Below are positions 17,178 to 27,366 of a stretch of 64,000 bases of DNA, one piece after another. The DNA comes from Patescibacteria group bacterium (GTDB taxonomy: Bacteria > Patescibacteriota > Minisyncoccia > Phycocordibacterales > CAIZLB01): positions 75,974 through 139,973 of the forward strand of contig JAZKIM010000004.1 in the NCBI GenBank assembly GCA_040384865.1. Reading direction: 5' to 3'. Every line of letters begins with the position of its first letter. Position 1 is the stretch's first letter. The notes under the pieces were generated by a model that was not told the origin of the DNA, did not search any database, and was given only the letters and a program-made list of their open reading frames with translations. A program made the translations under genes and the position numbers.

Positions 17178-18287
17178 TTACAAAAACTTCCTTATCGGCC
17201 AAACCAAAAGTTCTAAAAATTGTGAAAGGTACGAACGCTTTTGCCATTGAGCGAAGGTGAGCTCGTCGGCGTTTTGAATATCATTCATGAAATGTCCGGC
17301 TACTTCACTAGCGAAGTGGTGATTGGATGCAACGATCCCTGATTCAAAATTGTACCGAAGACTGATATTGTCGAGATTGAGGGATCCAACCATTGCCCAA
17401 TTACCATCAATGACGGCTGTTTTCGAGTGAATCATCCCGCGATAGCGGTAAAGACGGATGCCCGCAGTGAGTACTCTGTGAAAATATGTGTGTGAGCCGC
17501 GATCTACCACAGGGTGATCAGAGTTTGTTGGTATGATGATGCGCACATCGACGCCTCGTCTTCGCGCAGCTACCAATGTTCGAAGCAGCCGTCTGTCAGG
17601 AAGAAAATATGGAGTAGTCAGGAATACATATGTCTGTGCATGACGAATTGTTTCGATCAGTCGACGATAGAGATGTCGTTGGCGGGGAAGAGGAGATTGA
17701 GTCAGGAAGGTAAATCCTTCAAGGTTCGTTTTTGCACCATCGCCCATGCCTAAGCTTTTCTTATGGGCTTTTTTCCAAATGAGTTCAAATGGAGATTGCA
17801 TTTGAACGATAATATTACCAGTTATTTCCAGTGTTGTTTCGCGCCAATACCTTACCCAGTCAACGATACAAACTCCGCCAGTGAAGGCTGTTTTCATGTC
17901 GACGATCAGTGTGCGGCGATGATCTCGGAAATACCAGATGCGTTTGTTTCCTTTTGAAAAGGGAAATATCCAGTTGAAAAAACGAACTTCGATGCCTGCT
18001 TGTTCCATTGCTTCGATGTACATTGATTGCCCGAGAGCAACACTACCCATAGCGTCTACTAACAATCGGACCCTTACACCGGCCTCTGCGCGTTCGATCA
18101 GGGCTTCAATGAATCGTTTTCCAATGTTGTCAGGGGCGAGATTGAATTGCTCTAAATCGATACTTGTTTGTGCATTGCGAATTGCCGAGATCATTGCTTC
18201 CCATGCGTGATGGGTGGTTGTATAGAATTTCCATGTGGTTTCTGGAGTGTTTGGCAACATACTGTAAGTGTACAAGAAATTTGCCAA
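17178..18287 (-). CDS. cls: Phospholipase D-family cardiolipin synthase
   Basis: Two HKD-type motifs (e.g. HSKTAVIDGNWAMVGSLNLD); 369 aa. Confidence 0.8.
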   Translation of the reverse strand: MANFLYTYSMLPNTPETTWKFYTTTHHAWEAMISAIRNAQTSIDLEQFNLAPDNIGKRFIEALIERAEAGVRVRLLVDAMGSVALGQSMYIEAMEQAGIEVRFFNWIFPFSKGNKRIWYFRDHRRTLIVDMKTAFTGGVCIVDWVRYWRETTLEITGNIIVQMQSPFELIWKKAHKKSLGMGDGAKTNLEGFTFLTQSPLPRQRHLYRRLIETIRHAQTYVFLTTPYFLPDRRLLRTLVAARRRGVDVRIIIPTNSDHPVVDRGSHTYFHRVLTAGIRLYRYRGMIHSKTAVIDGNWAMVGSLNLDNISLRYNFESGIVASNHHFASEVAGHFMNDIQNADELTFAQWQKRSYLSQFLELLVWPIRKFL

Positions 18288-18305
18288 ATGTCGTATAATG
18301 CTCTA

Positions 18306-19028
18306 ATGGCAGCTATATTTATACTTCTTACTTTTGTAGCTACATTCGTTGGTGGACTTGTCGGTCTACGATTTAAAGATCGAATGCATTTACTTCTCGG
18401 TTTTACTGCAGGGGTGCTTTTGGCGGTGGTTGCCTTCGATCTCCTTCCCGAGATATTTGAATTATCTCAGGACTCCGGATTAGGTCTTGAGATGCCTATG
18501 ATAACGTTAGTGTTGGGATTCTTGATATTTCATATTGCTGAGAAAATGCTACTCATTCATCATTCGCACGAGCAGCATTATGGGGAACATAAGCATCCAA
18601 CTGTTGGAGTACTTTCAGCTCTTGCCCTTGCAGCACATTCATTCCTTGATGGAGTGGCGATTGGTATAGGCTTTCAAGTTTCAACAGAAGTGGGAATCGC
18701 AGTTGCGTTTGCAGTGCTTGCCCATGACTTTTCAGATGGTCTTAATACGGTGTCCCTTATGGTTGCTCATAAAAATTCTGATAAAAAAGCACTTGGTTTC
18801 CTCGCTATTAGCGCCTTGGCGCCTGTCTTGGGCGGTTTGTCGACACTTTTTTTCACTCTTTCTGACACGGTCCTTCTTGGCTATCTTGGTTTCTTTGCCG
18901 GATTCCTTCTTTACATAGGCTCATCTGATATCTTGCCAGAAGCGCACAGTAAAGATTCATCGCTTCGCACAGTTTTTGCTACCGTGCTGGGTGTTGTGTT
19001 TATTTTTCTCGTTACTCGTATGCTGTAG
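18306..19028 (+). CDS. ZIP-family divalent metal (zinc) transporter
   Basis: Multi-TM protein with His-rich loop HHSHEQHYGEHKHP and HDFSDG motif; start taken at the internal ATG 18306 (the ORF-track start 18168 overlaps divergent cls). Confidence 0.75.
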   Translation: MAAIFILLTFVATFVGGLVGLRFKDRMHLLLGFTAGVLLAVVAFDLLPEIFELSQDSGLGLEMPMITLVLGFLIFHIAEKMLLIHHSHEQHYGEHKHPTVGVLSALALAAHSFLDGVAIGIGFQVSTEVGIAVAFAVLAHDFSDGLNTVSLMVAHKNSDKKALGFLAISALAPVLGGLSTLFFTLSDTVLLGYLGFFAGFLLYIGSSDILPEAHSKDSSLRTVFATVLGVVFIFLVTRML

Positions 19029-19086
19029 TGTTACTAAAAAGATATTTATTTTTTGATAAATCAGAGAATACCCTTATAATAGGAGC

Positions 19087-19485
19087 ATGAAAGGATCTAG
19101 CTATCTTGAAGGTTTTAGTAAATTGAATCAAGAATCTCCTCGCGTCGGACACAAGGAGGTTCTTGATGCGCTCATACAGTTAAAAAAAGAGGGAATTAAT
19201 GATCTTCAGGATATGGAAAATAAGGATGTGCTGCGAGCATTCGAACTTTTTAAATTATGGGCAGCAGAAACTGAAGCTGAAGAAAATCTCCAGAAAAAAC
19301 TGATCGGATATTTGGATCAGTATGCTATCGGCCTAGAAGCTGATTGGGTAAATAACCCTAGCGAACTTAGAGAAATGGATAAAAATATTTCTCAGCAATT
19401 AGATCAAGTGGGAGACGATAATGTTCCTGATTTTAGAGAGAGGGTAAAATATTATAGAGACAAAATAAAAGAGAAATTGGGTTAA
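19087..19485 (+). CDS. Hypothetical protein
   Basis: 132 aa ORF, acidic and helical; no recognisable motif. Confidence 0.4.
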   Translation: MKGSSYLEGFSKLNQESPRVGHKEVLDALIQLKKEGINDLQDMENKDVLRAFELFKLWAAETEAEENLQKKLIGYLDQYAIGLEADWVNNPSELREMDKNISQQLDQVGDDNVPDFRERVKYYRDKIKEKLG

Positions 19486-19555
19486 TGTCGTACATTCCTT
19501 GTTATAAGGAAGTTTTTGTGTTTAGATATATTAGTACACTATTTATATAATTTTA

Positions 19556-20938
19556 ATGAAAAAACAATTTTTGTCAGGTGTGATTGCGACGGTGTTACTG
19601 TTTGGTTTGTTGTGTTCCCGTGCAGAGGCCTCTGATGATTTAGTTTTTCGTATATCAAATCTTCAGTCTCAAATCGCTTCACTGACAGTTGGGCTTAATG
19701 CCCTCTTGGCTCAGCAAGCAAGCACAACTCCTAGCTTAATTGTTGTAAGTCCGAACGGCGGAGAAAGTTATAGAATAGGGGATGTCGTCAATATTAAGTG
19801 GACAGCCTCAAATCTTTCTACCAGTTCAAGTGTTTATATTGAGCTTAGGTCAAGTGCTGGCGTAAGCCCAGTAGCTACCAAAATTGCTGTTGTTCCAGCC
19901 ATAGGCCTTTACTATTCTTGGAAAATTCCAAGTACGGTAACTGCGGGATCGTACATAATAGAAATTTACAAGGCCAATAAGTATGGAAACATTGACTCTA
20001 ATAGCTCGGTTAAAGATATAAGCGACGCATCGTTTACTATCACGTCTAGCACCGGTACTCTTCAGGGGTATTATTTTACTAAAAATTTAGGCCTTGGTTC
20101 AGAGGGTGCGGATGTAAGGATGCTTCAAAAGTTTTTAGTATCAAAAGGATTTCTATCTTCATCTGATGTGAGCGGTTATTTCGGCAATCGCACCAAAACT
20201 GCTCTTGCAGGCTATCAGGCATCAGTTGGAATTGCCCCTGCTGACGGATACTTCGGACCAATTACCAGAGCAAGGGTGAATGCTGAGCTTGCTACGAGTC
20301 CGATAGTCGCATCTCTTGTTATTACTAGTCCAATCGGGGATATGTGGATGGCAAGTTCCTCCAACAAAATCACTTGGACAGCAAGTCAAAACATAGCAAC
20401 GGTCCGGTTAGCTAGTTATTTGTTAGGAACTTCTAAAAATGGATATTTTGCCCAGGGGATTCCGGCTTCGCAAGGCTACTACAATTTTACGACAGGGCCG
20501 AGTCCTCTTTTAGGGAGTTTTATCCTAGAAATAGAAGGGCTTGATGTTAATAACAATGTTATTGCAACAGCGAAAACAACTTTTTCGATTATTGCAAGCA
20601 ATAGTCCGATTATTAAATCTATAAGTTCCACCTCTGGTATTTCAGGGCAGGCAATCACTATTACAGGAAGCGGATTTATTAACGGTAATAATAACGGATA
20701 TGGTTCGAGCGAGGTTGATTTTTTGAAAGGTGGAGTTTGGGTTGGAACGATTGCTCCAGTAGCCACTGACCCTTTAGCAATATCTTTGGATGGAACCGTT
20801 CTGAAATTCACCCTCGATCCAGTCTTTGTTGCCAATATCGGTTCAGGTACATATCAGCTACAAGTATCAAACCCGATTACTGGTGGAAAAAGTAACACTG
20901 TGCAGTTTACGGTTCTTCCTTTCTACGGCACTTACTAG
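19556..20938 (+). CDS. Secreted protein with peptidoglycan-binding (PG_binding_1-like) domain and Ig-like repeats
   Basis: Signal peptide MKKQFLSGVIATVLLFGLLCSRAEA; LQKFLVSKGFL...GYFGNRTKTALAGYQ...GYFGPITRARV resembles a PG-binding domain. Confidence 0.55.
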   Translation: MKKQFLSGVIATVLLFGLLCSRAEASDDLVFRISNLQSQIASLTVGLNALLAQQASTTPSLIVVSPNGGESYRIGDVVNIKWTASNLSTSSSVYIELRSSAGVSPVATKIAVVPAIGLYYSWKIPSTVTAGSYIIEIYKANKYGNIDSNSSVKDISDASFTITSSTGTLQGYYFTKNLGLGSEGADVRMLQKFLVSKGFLSSSDVSGYFGNRTKTALAGYQASVGIAPADGYFGPITRARVNAELATSPIVASLVITSPIGDMWMASSSNKITWTASQNIATVRLASYLLGTSKNGYFAQGIPASQGYYNFTTGPSPLLGSFILEIEGLDVNNNVIATAKTTFSIIASNSPIIKSISSTSGISGQAITITGSGFINGNNNGYGSSEVDFLKGGVWVGTIAPVATDPLAISLDGTVLKFTLDPVFVANIGSGTYQLQVSNPITGGKSNTVQFTVLPFYGTY

Positions 20939-21110
20939 TTTTAAGAAACAAATTTAGTTCGTTGTTGGATCCTTTATATCACGCAGGTGATCATCCCACG
21001 CAAGCACTTTCCAGAGTCTACTTTTTCGTAGACCGAATAGTCTTTAACATCCTTTCAAATACAATAGGGCAGTACAGAAAGAGTGTCGCTGAGAAACTAA
21101 AGCGGACTCC

Positions 21111-21788
21111 TTAAATCCCTCCAGTCTTTTTTGTGTCTCTCGTGTAATCATCCCACGCTAGTATCTCCCAGCGCTTGTCTTTTGATGGTCCAAATATTCC
21201 TCGCTTGTATTGGCAAATAGTGATGGCTGCATTATTCGATGCATTAAAAAAGCTGAGAGTGTTGTACGTTGCAGAATTTAATTGTTCCCCAAACTCGATA
21301 TAAGCAACAACCATGCGTAGAAAAATGCCATGAGTAACGACAAGAATGTTTTTTTCTCTTCGCGAAGCAAGATACTCAAGTAGTGTTCTAGCCCGATTCT
21401 TTAAATCGTCAAAATTTTCCTCGTCCGAATAGCGGTAAGCATCATCGTGGAAGCTTTTGTCTATCGTATCAACGATACGTTTAACCTCAGGGTCGGTCAT
21501 TGATTTTCCAATGATTTCAGATGGATTGCGTCGTTCATGCAAAAGATCGAGATACTCAACTTTTTTAGGAGTGGGGAATTGCTCATTGATAATGGCGGCG
21601 GTCTCTTTTGTTCGTACGTAAGGGCTGACCAGAATGACATCTAGTTTGTGATGCGCGAGGCGTTTCCCTGTGTCTGCCGCTTGAGCTTGGCCCTTGTCAC
21701 TGAGACTACCCTCAGAACCTTGGCGAATACTAGCAGCGTTCAGTAGGCTTTCCCCGTGTCGGACAAAATAGAAAACTTTTCTTGTCAT
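21111..21788 (-). CDS. Histidine phosphatase family protein (phosphoglycerate mutase-like)
   Basis: N-terminal FYFVRHGES catalytic RHG motif and later VVTHG. Confidence 0.8.
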   Translation of the reverse strand: MTRKVFYFVRHGESLLNAASIRQGSEGSLSDKGQAQAADTGKRLAHHKLDVILVSPYVRTKETAAIINEQFPTPKKVEYLDLLHERRNPSEIIGKSMTDPEVKRIVDTIDKSFHDDAYRYSDEENFDDLKNRARTLLEYLASRREKNILVVTHGIFLRMVVAYIEFGEQLNSATYNTLSFFNASNNAAITICQYKRGIFGPSKDKRWEILAWDDYTRDTKKTGGI

Positions 21789-21848
21789 GTTGGATTTAGT
21801 ATAGCAGGAATATGATACAATTTTATTATTATAACTTTAACGAATATT

Positions 21849-24800
21849 GTGAATATCCTTACCTCACGATTCTCTTCTAAGCGACTGATCACCTCCGGAG
21901 TTTTATGTGCCCTTTTCGTCCTGTTGTCTCTCATACCGTCTCTGTCCAGGGCGGATATAATAAAGTTAAGTACGCCGAAATTTACTAGTGCAGAAAATAT
22001 ATATTGCGGTGCGGTGAAGCTTACATGGACGAAGTCTCTTGTGGGCGGAATCGTCGTGGTGCCGACGAGGTACAGTTTATACCGTCTTAATCCGTCGACA
22101 ATGAATTTGGATCGGATAGTTTCAACTACCAGTACTTCATATATTGATAGCACTGGGCCACTAGGTACATATTCGTACATCATTCAGTCAGAAAACATCT
22201 ACGGTATTTCATTAAAGTCAGCCCCGCTGGTGGGTAATAATAATACAAATTGCACGCCGAAACTAACCGTGACTTGCTCTCTCAGTAAGGTGACCACCCC
22301 GAACAGTACTGCCAAAGACTATCTCTGGACAGCTTCAACAACAGGAGGTACTAGCAATCGCAGTTTTAAATGGAATGATTCTTCTACAAATTTCTCCAGT
22401 TCAACAGGTATGTCTCCTTATTTGTATAAAAGATATTCTATGCCAGGACTTGTTTTTATGCAGGTAACTGTTACTTCAGGAGTTCAAAAAGTAACAGCAA
22501 GTTGTTTGGGTACAATTGCACAGGCGCCTCTCAATGGACCTGCAGTAGTAACCCGAACAGCTACGACGACAACGTGTGGCAGTGATATTTCCTTCTCTTG
22601 GGCGCCTGTAACAAAAGCCACAGGATATTCAGTTTACCGATCTACTGGTCCGGCGAGCGACATGGCCACGTGGACAAAAATTGCTACTAATATAGGGCAG
22701 ACGCAGTTTACCGACCCTTTTTCTAGCGTAAAAGCATCCACTACCTATTTTTACCGAGTGACATCTCTTATTGGTGACATTGAACCAACGGGACTTTCTT
22801 CGAATGTTATCCCTTTTGTTTCTCCATATTATCAGCTCAAGGTTAAAACGGATGATGCCTGTGGCACTTTACCACCAGGCCCAGTAGCTTCTACCACTCT
22901 TCCTGCAGCACCCTTAACCTTCACCGCTAAAGAAGGGGCTACTTGCCAAGATCCGGCTATTTTAAAGTGGTCACCGGTCATAGGTTCAAAAGGATACAAA
23001 GTGAAGGCTGCAACCTCGCTAGTTGGACCATTCATACAGATCGATAGTTTTGCAACGACATCGTCGAGTACAACCATCACCTATATGGATAAGACGGCCT
23101 CTCCAGGGTCAATAATATATAAGGTTTCCGCATACAATGATTTTGGCACTTCTCTTGAAACGGTCTCGAACATTATAATCCAGCCAGACTGTTATGATCC
23201 AGACGGTAAGTTGGACTATCACGATCCAGATGCTGATGATACAGAAGTAACCCCAAACTATTCTCTTTTCACTGTTAAGTCTTTTGGATCTCCGGAATTT
23301 GCTGCTGAACACGGTGATGATATTTATGTCATACCTCAGCCGACGTTTCTTGTATATTCAATCAATCCTTCAGATCCAGAGAACTGGATCAGAGTTCAGA
23401 CTTGCGCAAACTTTTTCTGCGACACAGATTCGTTGTATGGAGGAGTTGTATATTTCCCTAAAATAGCACCGGGTAGTTCTGATCTGTTCGACACTATTGT
23501 TATGGAAGTTCGAACAGATCAAGGGGTAAAAAAGATTCTTGGTTATGTACCCAAGAATATTCCAGACGAGGAGTTTATATTTCCAGGTGGAATAAGAAAC
23601 GTCTCTCTTGATCTACCGTTGAGGTATAAAACCCAGATCCCTTCTTATTACGAACAATCTTTAACTATGGGTGTTGATGACGCATATAGATTCCTTAGAA
23701 TCTCAGGGGCAACTTTGAATGGACATTTGGACATATATGCTCAGGCATACCATACTTTTACCACAGAAGAACTTAAATCTATTCCTCCAAATACCCCGTA
23801 TCCTTCGAAAGAGATAAAGACTGCAACCGTCGATTTCACTGACGCTACTTCTCCTAATTGGTGGAGTGGTACGACATTCTCGAACTATTCTTCAGGAACT
23901 GGTTATGGCGAATCTAACGGTGTGCGTGTCACGAGGTATCTTTGTGATGGCCAGTCCACTCTTCAGAATTATTTCCAGCTTGGTTTCAACTGGTTTGGCG
24001 ACACCATTGATAACGGCGACGACACTATTTCCACCGGAGTTCAAGCCTCAACTTATGGAAGTAATCTCAATAGGGGAAATTGTGATCAAACTAAAGAATA
24101 CTATAACAGCAATAGCAGCACAGGCTTCTATGGAAGCCCTGGAAAGACTCAGTTTAAAAACCCAATTAAATTTTATACCGTTGAAGTGGTTGACTATGAT
24201 GGCGCACTAATCAAATCTGTTGATATGTGGGGTGAGTCTGACCCAAATACTATAGGCGGGAATTACAGAGTGTCTGGTGCCGTTACAATAAGATTGAGCA
24301 AGTTTGATAGCTATGACGGGATGTTCAACGAAGAGGGTCTCTTGTCTGCTAATCCTGACTATACAGAAAGTGTCGACGAGAATAGATATCCATTACTCGC
24401 CTCCTTAAGTCTAAAAGAAAAGATATTTGCTCGATTAGACATGTTGATTCGGTACAATCCTCTTAGTGCTTCTGTAACAGCTGCATTCAGTAAGGTGCAG
24501 CAGGTTTTTAGTGGAATAAATAAAAACAATCAGACAGCAACGGTATATAGAAAACTAAAAAAGAAAAGTGATTCTTCAAGAATTGCACGCAATGGCAAGG
24601 GTAATACTCCTAAAAAAGCTTCAGGCACAGCACCTGTCAAGGAAATCGATCTTACGAAAGAGTATGCAACAAGAGACCGTATCGCTTACTGGTTTGCACA
24701 TGCTGGACAGGTAGGCCCCGCAATTAATAGAGCGGATGCAGCAAATTTGGGTGTGTGTACGACAAATGTAAGTAAAAACTGTACGGCGGTTCTGGGTTTA

Positions 24801-25178
24801 AGTGATGAGTTTATTCTTCAACTTGCCCAAATAAGACAGATTAGAAAAAATGCTGAACCAGGAGCACCTGAAACCTCTATCGATTTAATAATTTCTGGAG
24901 GAACGGAATTCTGGCTGCATGGTAATAGAAGTAATGATCGAGCTAGTAACGGCACAAGTCACGGTTATTCTATGACTGTCGACATATCAAAACGAAACGG
25001 TTACGGGACATGGATCCTGAAGACTTTTAATCCTTTCCCTGGCTGTTCGAAATGGCTTGATCTCGGTAATAATCTCAGATTCCTAAATGAAGATTCTGTG
25101 CATTTTCATGTCGAAGGATATCCGGTAAAAGACACTTGTGGTTTTAACAGGGCAAACTTCGAATATTCAAACTATTAG
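21849..25178 (+). CDS. Giant secreted protein (1109 aa) with Fn3/Ig-like repeats and C-terminal LAS/M15-type zinc-peptidase-like motifs
   Basis: Signal peptide; repeated W/Y-containing beta-rich modules; last ~120 aa contain SHGYSMTVD (H-x6-D) and VHFHVE (H-x-H). Confidence 0.65.
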   Translation: MNILTSRFSSKRLITSGVLCALFVLLSLIPSLSRADIIKLSTPKFTSAENIYCGAVKLTWTKSLVGGIVVVPTRYSLYRLNPSTMNLDRIVSTTSTSYIDSTGPLGTYSYIIQSENIYGISLKSAPLVGNNNTNCTPKLTVTCSLSKVTTPNSTAKDYLWTASTTGGTSNRSFKWNDSSTNFSSSTGMSPYLYKRYSMPGLVFMQVTVTSGVQKVTASCLGTIAQAPLNGPAVVTRTATTTTCGSDISFSWAPVTKATGYSVYRSTGPASDMATWTKIATNIGQTQFTDPFSSVKASTTYFYRVTSLIGDIEPTGLSSNVIPFVSPYYQLKVKTDDACGTLPPGPVASTTLPAAPLTFTAKEGATCQDPAILKWSPVIGSKGYKVKAATSLVGPFIQIDSFATTSSSTTITYMDKTASPGSIIYKVSAYNDFGTSLETVSNIIIQPDCYDPDGKLDYHDPDADDTEVTPNYSLFTVKSFGSPEFAAEHGDDIYVIPQPTFLVYSINPSDPENWIRVQTCANFFCDTDSLYGGVVYFPKIAPGSSDLFDTIVMEVRTDQGVKKILGYVPKNIPDEEFIFPGGIRNVSLDLPLRYKTQIPSYYEQSLTMGVDDAYRFLRISGATLNGHLDIYAQAYHTFTTEELKSIPPNTPYPSKEIKTATVDFTDATSPNWWSGTTFSNYSSGTGYGESNGVRVTRYLCDGQSTLQNYFQLGFNWFGDTIDNGDDTISTGVQASTYGSNLNRGNCDQTKEYYNSNSSTGFYGSPGKTQFKNPIKFYTVEVVDYDGALIKSVDMWGESDPNTIGGNYRVSGAVTIRLSKFDSYDGMFNEEGLLSANPDYTESVDENRYPLLASLSLKEKIFARLDMLIRYNPLSASVTAAFSKVQQVFSGINKNNQTATVYRKLKKKSDSSRIARNGKGNTPKKASGTAPVKEIDLTKEYATRDRIAYWFAHAGQVGPAINRADAANLGVCTTNVSKNCTAVLGLSDEFILQLAQIRQIRKNAEPGAPETSIDLIISGGTEFWLHGNRSNDRASNGTSHGYSMTVDISKRNGYGTWILKTFNPFPGCSKWLDLGNNLRFLNEDSVHFHVEGYPVKDTCGFNRANFEYSNY

Positions 25179-25187
25179 TATAGAGAA

Positions 25188-25222
25188 ATCGCCTGTGTGC
25201 AGAGCACGCAGGCGATTGTTTC
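25188..25222. terminator. Bidirectional hairpin terminator
   Basis: ATCGCCTGTGTGC-agag-CACGCAGGCGAT (13-bp stem, 1 mismatch) then TGTTTCT. Confidence 0.55.
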
Positions 25223-25241
25223 TGGGGGCGGGGCGCCCCTG

Positions 25242-25466
25242 TTATTTGTCGGTCGGGTCACCACTGCCGTACTTCTCGCGAAACTCCTGGTAGCTGCTGC
25301 TACCGGTTTGTTCGACGAGTTGTTCGACAGAGCTGCCGAAGATGCAGGGCTGCGACTCTGGGATAGTCGCAGTGACTTTTTTGATGTGCGCGGGGCTTGA
25401 AGAACAGCCGGTCGCGCAGAAGAGGAACAAGCCTCCAAGGAGGAAGCGGGGAAGGGTCTTTTTCAT
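25242..25466 (-). CDS. Small putative lipoprotein (GC-rich)
   Basis: 74 aa; MKKTLPRFLLGGLFLFCATGC lipobox-like signal; local GC clearly above the contig average. Confidence 0.35.
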   Translation of the reverse strand: MKKTLPRFLLGGLFLFCATGCSSSPAHIKKVTATIPESQPCIFGSSVEQLVEQTGSSSYQEFREKYGSGDPTDK

Positions 25467-25577
25467 TCAGGCCATATTATATCACAACTGAGTATGTTTG
25501 TCTATAGGTCCATAAAAGCACGCTTTTAAGTCATTTTTCTAGCAAAGAGGGTGCTATAAGGGCATCGTAATGTTAGA

Positions 25578-26930
25578 ATGTGGAGCATCATGTCTACCTA
25601 TCATTTCTGGCACAATTGTGTTTCCTGCGGCAAAGATTTCTCTCCTGATAAGTTCCTCTACACTTGTCCTTCGTGTGGCGGCCTCCTGCTGGTTGCTCGA
25701 GATGAGCAATATATAAAAGATACCATCGGTACAGGAGAAAAAATCAGAAACTATTTTGACGACCTTCGTTTTGGAAAACGTCGGAAAGAATATCCGAATG
25801 ATTCAGGTGTATGGCTTTGGCGAGATTTCATTTTGCCTGGCTTCCCAGAATCAGCGATCATTTCTCTTAAGGAAGGTCAGACTGACCTCTTTGAAATCCC
25901 AGACTGGCTTAAAAAAGAAGTTGGACTCAAGAACCTTTTCATTAAACTCGAGGGCCAGGCACCATCAGAGAGTTTTAAGGATCGCGGCATGCCTGTTGCT
26001 GTCTCTGATGCTCTACGCCTCCAGCAAGAGTTTCCTGAACTCGGCATTACCGGTATATCGTGCGCCTCAACAGGCGACACTTCGGCCGCTGCTGCGATAT
26101 ATTCTGCATACCGACGAGACAAGCTCTCTTGTTTGGTGCTTCTTCCATTTGAAAAGATATCTGATCCTCAATTGTTTCAGGCGATGGCTCACGGGGCGGA
26201 TGTACGCGCGATCAAACACCCCAACGGTTTCGATGGTTGTATGAAATTGATTCAAGAATTTACCTTGCATCATCCTGAATTGGCTTTAGTGAATAGTAAG
26301 AATGACATGAGGGTTGTCGGGCAGGAAACGATCGGCCTTGAAATCATTCAGGATCTTTCCTGGAAAGCACCTGAGTGGATCGCCCTTCCGGTAGGAAATG
26401 GCGGAAACCTTACAGCACTTCTTAGTGGACTCCTTCGCGCAAAAGAATTTGGAATGATAGATAGTTTGCCAAAGATTATCGTTGGACAAACTACGGCAGC
26501 TGATACCTTGGTGCGATGGCAGGAGAGTGGCTATGAAAAATATGAGCCAGGGGAATATACAGATACGATTGCCAGTGCTATGAATATTAATAACCCGGTT
26601 AGTTTTCCTCGAATTCAAAAGTTGTATAAAAACTTTGACTTACATTTCTATCGCGTTTCAGAATCTGAGATTCAAAGGACATGGGCGCAGTTTACTCGAG
26701 CGGGGGCAAATATTTGTCCACAATCTGCCGTTGCTTTGAATGCTGTGCTTCAGGCGAAGGCGAAGGGACTTGTGAAAGAAACCGACACTGTTGTTTCGGT
26801 TTCCACTGCTTCATCAATCAAATTTGCGGAAACGGGAATTGTACATCATAAGACTGGAAAGAAAGAGGATTTCGCTAATCCATATGAAATCATAGATGGA
26901 ACAGTGGGGGCTTTGGAGAAGAGTTTGTAA
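25578..26930 (+). CDS. thrC: Threonine synthase
   Basis: N-terminal zinc ribbon CVSCGKD...CPSCGG, PLP-lysine motif SFKDRGM; 450 aa. Confidence 0.85.
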   Translation: MWSIMSTYHFWHNCVSCGKDFSPDKFLYTCPSCGGLLLVARDEQYIKDTIGTGEKIRNYFDDLRFGKRRKEYPNDSGVWLWRDFILPGFPESAIISLKEGQTDLFEIPDWLKKEVGLKNLFIKLEGQAPSESFKDRGMPVAVSDALRLQQEFPELGITGISCASTGDTSAAAAIYSAYRRDKLSCLVLLPFEKISDPQLFQAMAHGADVRAIKHPNGFDGCMKLIQEFTLHHPELALVNSKNDMRVVGQETIGLEIIQDLSWKAPEWIALPVGNGGNLTALLSGLLRAKEFGMIDSLPKIIVGQTTAADTLVRWQESGYEKYEPGEYTDTIASAMNINNPVSFPRIQKLYKNFDLHFYRVSESEIQRTWAQFTRAGANICPQSAVALNAVLQAKAKGLVKETDTVVSVSTASSIKFAETGIVHHKTGKKEDFANPYEIIDGTVGALEKSL

Positions 26931-26946
26931 GATACAAGAATGCAAA

Positions 26947-26977
26947 ACAAAAAACCGCCCATAGGGGCGGTTTTTTG
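26947..26977. terminator. Bidirectional rho-independent terminator
   Basis: AAAAAACCGCCC-atag-GGGCGGTTTTTT between convergent thrC and csp. Confidence 0.75.
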
Positions 26978-26985
26978 TTGGTAGG

Positions 26986-27183
26986 TTATGCTCGCTTGAC
27001 GTTCACGGCATTCTTTCCTTTGTCAGTTTCCTCTGTTTCAAAAGAAACAGCGTCGCCTTCGCGAAGTTCATCGAACTTAACATCTACGAGAGAGTTAGTG
27101 TGAAAGAAAATATCCTTTCCTCCATCTTCTGGAGCGATAAAACCAAAACCTTTTTCCATAATCTTCTTGATTACTCCTTTCAT
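26986..27183 (-). CDS. Cold-shock protein (CspA family)
   Basis: 65 aa; KGFGFI RNP1 and FFH RNP2-like motifs. Confidence 0.9.
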   Translation of the reverse strand: MKGVIKKIMEKGFGFIAPEDGGKDIFFHTNSLVDVKFDELREGDAVSFETEETDKGKNAVNVKRA

Positions 27184-27366
27184 GGGGTTAGTTTGTTAGT
27201 TAATAATATACAAATGTAATTTCTTCGAAACTCGACGTGTTCTAAATAGGCTCTTTGTTGCTGACAATGGTATCATGGCGAGGTTGGTTTGTCAAATCAA
27301 AAGAAAAACGCTCTCACCCAGTATTACTACTTTGGTGAGAGCGTTTGCATCGGCATGTTGCGGACG

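Noticed and set aside
18168-18305. Upstream extension of the ZIP transporter ORF (Cys-rich MCIANCRDHCFPC…)
   Set aside because: This part overlaps the divergent cls gene on the other strand. The transporter-like sequence begins at the internal Met (18306), so the extension is treated as non-coding.
21785-22183. 132-aa minus-strand ORF overlapping the start of the 1109-aa secreted protein gene
   Set aside because: Overlaps the signal-peptide region of a far longer, well-supported ORF; no motif.
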